The position numbers and the translations under genes are program-made. Under the pieces are notes generated by a model. The model saw nothing but the letters and a program-made list of their open reading frames with translations, made no database searches and was not told the origin of the DNA. Below, piece by piece: positions 26,638 to 32,000 of a stretch of 32,000 bases of DNA (positions are counted from its first letter, which is position 1; each line of letters opens with the position of its first letter). Source of the DNA: Candidatus Heimdallarchaeota archaeon B3_Heim (GTDB lineage Archaea > Asgardarchaeota > Heimdallarchaeia > Hodarchaeales > Hodarchaeaceae); the NCBI GenBank assembly GCA_003144275.1, contig NJBF01000017.1, positions 46,357 to 78,356 of the forward strand, given 5' to 3'.

Positions 26638-27411
26638 ATGCATATTCAATTAGTATTTAGCGTATGGGAAAGTAAAGCATTTATTGCTAAAGCAATAGTG
26701 AACCATCCTGATATCCAACAACATTTAACGACTGGAACGATTGCGATTGGGCGAGGTATAACAAACGCATTCATTCTTCGTGAGTTCTTGAACGCTACTG
26801 GAAATTCTGATTTCGAAATTGATATTGATAATTATGTTGCAGGCGTTATTGATGGAACTTTATGGGTTTCAGATTCCGATACACGGACGCCAGAGGTTGT
26901 TTTTCGGCAGGGTAAACCTAATTTTGAACCCATTGCTGAATCAGTTAATTCGTGTGATCTTATAATAAAAGGTGGAAACGCCTTAGGTACGGATTGGGTC
27001 GCAGGAGTTCTTTGTGCACATCCCCAGGGTGGAACAATTGGCTCTGTATATTCGATTGCCATTTCAAGGGGAATAAAAATTCTAGTACCGATCTCACTGC
27101 AAAAAACCATTCCGTTTGCAGTCACTGAAATAACACCTGACCTTGGAGGACAAGGAAAAATAGATTTTGCACGTGGACTACCAGTCAGCTTATTTCCTAT
27201 TGTTGGTGGGGAAATTTTTTCGGAAATTGAAGCGATCGACACAATTGCAACAGTCAATGTGTATCCGATTGCCGCAGGAGGAGTCTATAAAGGTGCCGGA
27301 GCGTCTGTGTTTGAAATAAGTGGTCCAAGTTCTGAAGTACAAAAAGTCAAGGATTTATTCGAAAAAATTAAAGATACCGAACCCCTGAATGTTAAATTAA
27401 AACCTCATTGA
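26638..27411 (+). CDS. Conserved-looking uncharacterised alpha/beta protein
   Basis: Motifs SKAFIAKAI, GRGITNAFI, KGGNA, GGTIG, VPISLQK and AAGGV resemble a widespread unannotated family. GGTGG Shine-Dalgarno. 18-nt gap to GH130. Confidence 0.55.
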   Translation: MHIQLVFSVWESKAFIAKAIVNHPDIQQHLTTGTIAIGRGITNAFILREFLNATGNSDFEIDIDNYVAGVIDGTLWVSDSDTRTPEVVFRQGKPNFEPIAESVNSCDLIIKGGNALGTDWVAGVLCAHPQGGTIGSVYSIAISRGIKILVPISLQKTIPFAVTEITPDLGGQGKIDFARGLPVSLFPIVGGEIFSEIEAIDTIATVNVYPIAAGGVYKGAGASVFEISGPSSEVQKVKDLFEKIKDTEPLNVKLKPH

Positions 27412-27429
27412 TGGTATTAGTGGAAGAAT

Positions 27430-28368
27430 ATGAAAAAAAATGATATTGTACAACGGTATGAGAACAATCCTATTCTTACTAAACACGACATTCCATATCA
27501 GGTTGAAACTGTACATAATGCAGGGGTTACTAAATATAAAGATAAGTACATAATGATCTTCAGATCGCATTTAAGGACAGGAAGATCTATAATTGGAATA
27601 GCTGAAAGTATAAATGGGTACGATTTTTCAGTAAGAGAAACACCTTTTATGATACCCTCAGAACAACCGTATTTCAAAGACTATGAGGAATATGGTGTTG
27701 AAGATCCAAGAATAACTAAAATTGATGATGTGTACTACATTACATATTCTGCCTATTCAAAATTTGGAGTGAGGATTGGCCTTGCCAAGACAATCGATTT
27801 TCAAACTGTGGATCGAGTCGCTTTTATTACTCAAGCTGATTACAGGAATACCGTTATATTTCCTGAAAAGATCAATGGTGAATATGTAAAGCTTGATAGA
27901 CCCCATTCTGATATAAGCCCTTGGAGTATATGGATAAGTTACTCTCCTGACCTTCTCTATTGGGGTAAATCCAAAGTTGTAATGAAGCCTGTTAAGTATC
28001 ACTGGGATGAAATGAAAATAGGTGCTGGAGCACCTCCTATAAAAACTGCCAAAGGATGGCTTAATATATACCATGGAGTTTTTCCAACGATGGATGGTTC
28101 AGTATATCGGTTAGGCGTTGCGTTGCATGATTTGGAAGATCCATCAGTTCTACTTGGTATCAGTGACGAATGGATTTTACAACCAGAAGATCCTTGGGAA
28201 ATAACAGGATATGTTCACAACGTTGTTTTCACGTGTGGAGCTGTACCTGAACCTAATGGGGAAGTAAAGATATATTGGGGGGGTGCTGATACAGTCATGT
28301 GTGTTGGTACTGCAAATATAAATACGCTAGTTGACCTGTGTTTATCAAAATCACGTAAACCATATTAA
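27430..28368 (+). CDS. Glycoside hydrolase family 130 (beta-mannoside phosphorylase-like)
   Basis: HNAG, GVEDPRIT, RNTVIFPEKING, KIGAGAPP, IYHGV, YRLG, GYVHNVVFTCG, YWGGADT. Confidence 0.88.
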   Translation: MKKNDIVQRYENNPILTKHDIPYQVETVHNAGVTKYKDKYIMIFRSHLRTGRSIIGIAESINGYDFSVRETPFMIPSEQPYFKDYEEYGVEDPRITKIDDVYYITYSAYSKFGVRIGLAKTIDFQTVDRVAFITQADYRNTVIFPEKINGEYVKLDRPHSDISPWSIWISYSPDLLYWGKSKVVMKPVKYHWDEMKIGAGAPPIKTAKGWLNIYHGVFPTMDGSVYRLGVALHDLEDPSVLLGISDEWILQPEDPWEITGYVHNVVFTCGAVPEPNGEVKIYWGGADTVMCVGTANINTLVDLCLSKSRKPY

Positions 28369-28400
28369 TGAGATGTTGGAATAACATCATTCTTTTGGAC

Positions 28401-29081
28401 TCAAGTAAAACTCGAGAGGGCTAATTCTGTATAGGACTCAATCACTTGATCAGAAATATCTAGTGCGTTCTTTGGAAAAGAAGTTGTAATTGCGATAACA
28501 TACATACCAGCTTGTTTTGCTGCAGTAATACCAGCAGGAGTATCCTCAATTACAATACATTCGGAAGGATTAACGTTTAGTTGCTTCGCGGCCTTCAAAA
28601 AAATATCTGGGAAAGGTTTACTCCGCAAACCCTCTTCTGCTCCTGTTATAGAGTCAAATGAACCCTCTAAAGATACTTGTTTAAGATTGAATTGTATTTT
28701 GGTTAGCGAACCTGATGAGGCCACGCCAATCTTCCATTTTAGCTTTCTAGCTTGATCGATAAGAGTATCAATCCCTGGGACTTTGGCTAATTTATTTTCT
28801 GCAATTTCTAAGTATACTTGATCTTTTAACTTAATTAGATACTGAATTTTCTCTTCTGATCCAGAGAGATTAAACTGGCTGAAATAATGTTTTACGGATT
28901 CTCTTGACGTACCGCCCATAATAGCCTCATAACTTGTCCCTATATCAACTTCATATTCCTGATCAAACACTATATTCCAAGCCCCACAGCTTAATGGCTC
29001 GGAATCTACTATTACCCCATCACAATCAAGAATTAACGCAGAGATATGATATTTAAATCCTTGGACTTTGTCACTCTTCAT
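28401..29081 (-). CDS. HAD-family phosphatase/beta-phosphoglucomutase-like (HAD-IA)
   Basis: LDCDGVIVDSE, VASS, SKPFPDIF, VIEDTPAGITAAKQAGM. Confidence 0.85.
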   Translation of the reverse strand: MKSDKVQGFKYHISALILDCDGVIVDSEPLSCGAWNIVFDQEYEVDIGTSYEAIMGGTSRESVKHYFSQFNLSGSEEKIQYLIKLKDQVYLEIAENKLAKVPGIDTLIDQARKLKWKIGVASSGSLTKIQFNLKQVSLEGSFDSITGAEEGLRSKPFPDIFLKAAKQLNVNPSECIVIEDTPAGITAAKQAGMYVIAITTSFPKNALDISDQVIESYTELALSSFT

Positions 29082-29348
29082 AATGATGTATGAATATTCA
29101 GAGATTCATTAATGCTGTGGTTATCCTCCCTAGATTTTCATCAACGTCATTTTCTGTCACGACAAGTGGATGTAAGAACTTAAAGAAACAGAAAAACAAT
29201 CTGTTTGAAAAAGGATGCTTTCGGTTATGAAACATATTTGGCATACAGATCTACTTAAGAGCTTTGATTTTTTGTCCCAAAAATCTTGGATTCTTGCATA
29301 GATCTTTACTATAATGCCTCAGAATAAAGTCTATTGGATTCCATTGTT

Positions 29349-30308
29349 TCACAGTCCATATGCCACAAGAAGAGCAGGAGAATATAACAATCCAAAAATC
29401 ACCGCTCCTCCACCACTTGTTATAATAATGGTTCTATACAATAATAAAGCTCCCTCTTGATCCTGTCTACTTAATAAATTATAAACGGCAATAATTTCAA
29501 TTATACCAAGGATGAAAGGAGTCCAATTAGAGATCAAAAGACCAATATTCATTAGATGAAGATTTAGGACAATTAACAAGAACACTCGTATGATTACTAC
29601 ACTGGCAGTTAAATATCGTGCTTTTTTTTTCCCAAGGAAAACAGCAGTTGTTTTATCCCCTATTTTTTGATCGGTATCAAAGTCTATTAACATGGTCGGT
29701 AAATGGATTCCAGAAATTAATATTATGTTCAATATGATACCTAGTCCTATCAAGTTAAACTCAACAAAAGTAGAGGGGCCTAAAAGTCCAATATAGAATG
29801 GAATGAATAGTCCAACTATTAGAAAAGTAACTAAAATATCTAAAATTGGTCGAGCTTTGAATTTAAATGGGGGAACTGAATACAATATAGAACCTGTCAT
29901 CCCTATGGTAAAAGCAATGAATCCTAAGAATAATTTTGGTTGAGATAAAGAATTTGGAACCATAATTAGGTTTAAAGGAATCAGCAGTGTCCAAATTAGT
30001 ATTATCCAGATAATTATGTGATGCTTTTGTAGTTGACTGGAATTTGTGAGAGGATTTCGAAGAGATAATCCTCGTGGATTCAGTGCATCACTTTGTTTAT
30101 CATAGTATCCATTTAAGCTAAAATGGCCCATGCTAAATAGGAAAATTGACACGGAACTTGTTATTAATGAGCCGATTGGTAGTTGATAGAGTAGAGCTAC
30201 CATTAGAGCCACTTGGGAAAAAATAAAACCCCATTCTGGACGAGATAACAAGAGTAATTGCCAAATGTATTTTCCTATAGTTAGGACATTGATATTCTCT
30301 TTTCTCAT
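29349..30308 (-). CDS. UbiA-family prenyltransferase
   Basis: SRP, first Asp-rich region NGYYDKQSD, YSVPPFKFK, second region DFDTDQKIGDKTTAV, about 8-9 TM. Confidence 0.85.
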   Translation of the reverse strand: MRKENINVLTIGKYIWQLLLLSRPEWGFIFSQVALMVALLYQLPIGSLITSSVSIFLFSMGHFSLNGYYDKQSDALNPRGLSLRNPLTNSSQLQKHHIIIWIILIWTLLIPLNLIMVPNSLSQPKLFLGFIAFTIGMTGSILYSVPPFKFKARPILDILVTFLIVGLFIPFYIGLLGPSTFVEFNLIGLGIILNIILISGIHLPTMLIDFDTDQKIGDKTTAVFLGKKKARYLTASVVIIRVFLLIVLNLHLMNIGLLISNWTPFILGIIEIIAVYNLLSRQDQEGALLLYRTIIITSGGGAVIFGLLYSPALLVAYGL

Positions 30309-30477
30309 CAGGAAAATCTAAAATTTCAACTATTTAAATCTAATATAGCTGGTTAGATGGTTGTGTGCTCTCATCATAATTCGTCGGATGTAGCTACTAA
30401 AGAAGGGAGATGGGAACTAATAATGACCTTAAGAGTGTGAGATTTATTTCGGACTTTGAAAAATGTCAGACACATAG

Positions 30478-30489
30478 CTTTATAAATAG
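30478..30489 (+). promoter_or_regulatory. Archaeal TATA box CTTTATAAATAG
   Basis: Lies about 70 nt upstream of the ATG at 30561. Identical to 15326-15337. Confidence 0.6.
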
Positions 30490-30539
30490 TCATACATGTA
30501 TGCCTGTCATACCGATTGACATGTCAAAGCGATGACTTG
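30489..30539. promoter_or_regulatory. Putative operator array: three 17-nt-spaced GTCA-starting units with internal palindromes
   Basis: GTCA at 30489, 30506 and 30523. Perfect palindromes CATACATGTATG (30491-30502) and TTGACATGTCAA (30516-30527). TGAC at 30517 and 30533. Confidence 0.55.
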
Positions 30540-30560
30540 AAATATTGTTTGGTGAGATAA

Positions 30561-31100
30561 ATGTCAGAATTTAAAGAATGGTCCAATCAGGAAATAAACG
30601 ACTTGACAAAAATGAAAAACGTAACTATACGTGGTATTGACTCAGAAATCTATGATGAGTTCTCTTCTTCCATCAAATCCCTTAAAATGAATATTGGCGA
30701 AGCTATCACTCAGATGATGCAAGACGTTCTCAAGGATTTTGATGATACATTTCCTAATTTAAGTGCAAAGGGATCTTTAGGAAAATTAAAGAAGGATCGA
30801 CTATCAATTAGTGCTCTCGATAAGATAAGAATTTCAAGACGCGATCTTGAGGAAGCGGGGGCTGAGATAAGATTCACTCATGTTGGAAAGCTGATTTTTG
30901 AGCCCGATGTGGACTTAGCAACTTTTAACAAATATGTTAGAGGAATCACTCATTGTGAATATGTAAGGATTCCCGCCTTTCTCCCAAAGTTAATTTTATT
31001 ATCAAAAACACAATACTGTGGACGAGTCGAGACCTATCAAGCGGATAAATCCTTAGATGAAACCACCGAGTCGTTTCAAGACTCTTATGAAGAGGAATAA
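30561..31100 (+). CDS. Hypothetical protein with an N-terminal ribbon-helix-helix-like motif and a short beta-solenoid-like C-terminal domain
   Basis: KNVTIRGIDSEIYDEF..NIGEAITQMM has an RHH-like pattern, followed by repeated IxxxxxL/Ix units. GGTGAG Shine-Dalgarno. Confidence 0.6.
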   Translation: MSEFKEWSNQEINDLTKMKNVTIRGIDSEIYDEFSSSIKSLKMNIGEAITQMMQDVLKDFDDTFPNLSAKGSLGKLKKDRLSISALDKIRISRRDLEEAGAEIRFTHVGKLIFEPDVDLATFNKYVRGITHCEYVRIPAFLPKLILLSKTQYCGRVETYQADKSLDETTESFQDSYEEE

Positions 31101-31120
31101 ACTTAGTTCCCTCGACTGAG

Positions 31121-31945
31121 GTGATTGGAATGACAGCAGAAATCGTAAATACAAACCAACTGAAAACCTTTCTTTCCCATCAAATTACTAAACTGAGTAC
31201 AAACCTTAAAACGGAAACAATTCCTCTTGAGGCTGTTGTCAAATTATTAAAATCGACACTCAAGGAACGTCAATTTTTATTAGCAGAGATTGACCATCTG
31301 AGAAGCTCTCAACAGACCTATGAGTCGGTATTGAATAATAAGTCAAATGACTCTGTTCTCATTCTGTCCGAAATTGAAGAAAATTTATACAACGATTTTC
31401 AGAACTTTTCTCGCAAGCTCTTAACGACTGATGGGGAACTGTTGTCTATTTTAATGCGTTTATTCTTAAATCATTTTGAAGACAATCAGTTTCCAAAGCT
31501 CAACGCCTCTGAGCTAATCAGGAAAGTCAAAGGCTTCGATCCACGATTGAAAATTCAAAATCATAAATACTTGAGAGTGACCAATGATGATTTACAGAAT
31601 TTAAACGTACAGATAGATTTCAATCAAATTGACACCTTAATCCTAGATATAAGCCTAAAGAATTTCGTGAAAACAATTAACTCAATTAAAAATTGTCAAG
31701 AAGTTCATATTCCGTTCAAAGTGTCTAAATTAATTGTATATGCACGAACTAGTAATTGTCAAGAAATTCATCTTACTCCTCCTCTTTCAGAACCAATTTT
31801 GAATTATGTTAAGGAAGCAAATCAGGTTGTTGAAGCCTGGGAAAATGGAAAAAAAATTAATATTTCGAATTACCATGATCATTTTTGTCCGACAAAGCGA
31901 GATTACTCGTATTCGCTAACCTCTCCCTCTCTCTTACATTCATAA
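31121..31945 (+). CDS. Paralog of 30561-31100 with an extra N-terminal coiled-coil-like segment
   Basis: Aligns by eye along the whole upstream protein (LYNDF/IYDEF, FPKL/FPNL, LRVTNDDL/IRISRRDL, IKNCQEVHIP/ITHCEYVRIP, KLI). GAGGTGA suggests the true start is the ATG at 31130. Confidence 0.6.
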   Translation: MIGMTAEIVNTNQLKTFLSHQITKLSTNLKTETIPLEAVVKLLKSTLKERQFLLAEIDHLRSSQQTYESVLNNKSNDSVLILSEIEENLYNDFQNFSRKLLTTDGELLSILMRLFLNHFEDNQFPKLNASELIRKVKGFDPRLKIQNHKYLRVTNDDLQNLNVQIDFNQIDTLILDISLKNFVKTINSIKNCQEVHIPFKVSKLIVYARTSNCQEIHLTPPLSEPILNYVKEANQVVEAWENGKKINISNYHDHFCPTKRDYSYSLTSPSLLHS

Positions 31946-32000
31946 AAAGCCTCCCTCCATAACCTCTTCCAAGCGAGGTGATGAAAAGAAAAATTCCTAA

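Noticed and set aside
401-29081. Short ORFs in the track that overlap longer genes (e.g. 401-649, 1630-1812, 2477-2689, 4112-4342, 4366-4593, 4941-5147, 5919-6107, 7859-8065, 9091-9309, 9748-9972, 11283-11486, 15024-15245, 16871-17053, 17897-18103, 19228-19488, 21915-22112, 25182-25409, 26832-27257, 27757-28074)
   Set aside because: They are antisense shadows of well-supported genes, with no recognisable motifs.
31850-32000. Possible 3' end of a minus-strand gene entering from the right edge
   Set aside because: All three minus frames give only short, unrecognisable peptides. It cannot be resolved without the next window.
1-32000. CRISPR arrays, IS elements, integrases, rRNA/tRNA genes
   Set aside because: No regularly spaced repeats, terminal inverted repeats, transposase or integrase motifs, or structured RNA genes were seen. 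Intergenic gaps are all under about 400 nt.

Overview
AT-rich archaeal chromosomal window, most consistent with an Asgard archaeon. This is inferred from an MFS protein fused to a longin-like domain, NosD-type surface proteins with C-terminal anchors, form III RuBisCO, an archaeal-type TyrRS and TTTATAAA promoters. It holds about 31 intact, mostly unlinked metabolic and housekeeping genes. I found no rRNA, tRNA, CRISPR array, integrase or transposase. Beyond the ORF track, the most notable observations are: (i) a 2.5 kb surface-protein gene bracketed by a 31-nt direct repeat and a displaced second GNAT 3' end, which looks like the scar of a single-crossover insertion; (ii) an MFS-longin fusion; (iii) a tandem pair of paralogous RHH-like/beta-solenoid proteins behind a TATA box overlapped by a 17-bp-period GTCA/TGAC array; (iv) a 7TM protein ending in a DHp helix pair with no kinase domain; (v) an orphan DNA methyltransferase with SPPY changed to SCVY; (vi) an M14 peptidase whose tail is cut off by an in-frame TAA; (vii) a METTL16/RlmF-family methyltransferase divergent from a methionine gamma-lyase-like gene. 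All family assignments come from motif recognition by eye; no database search was run.
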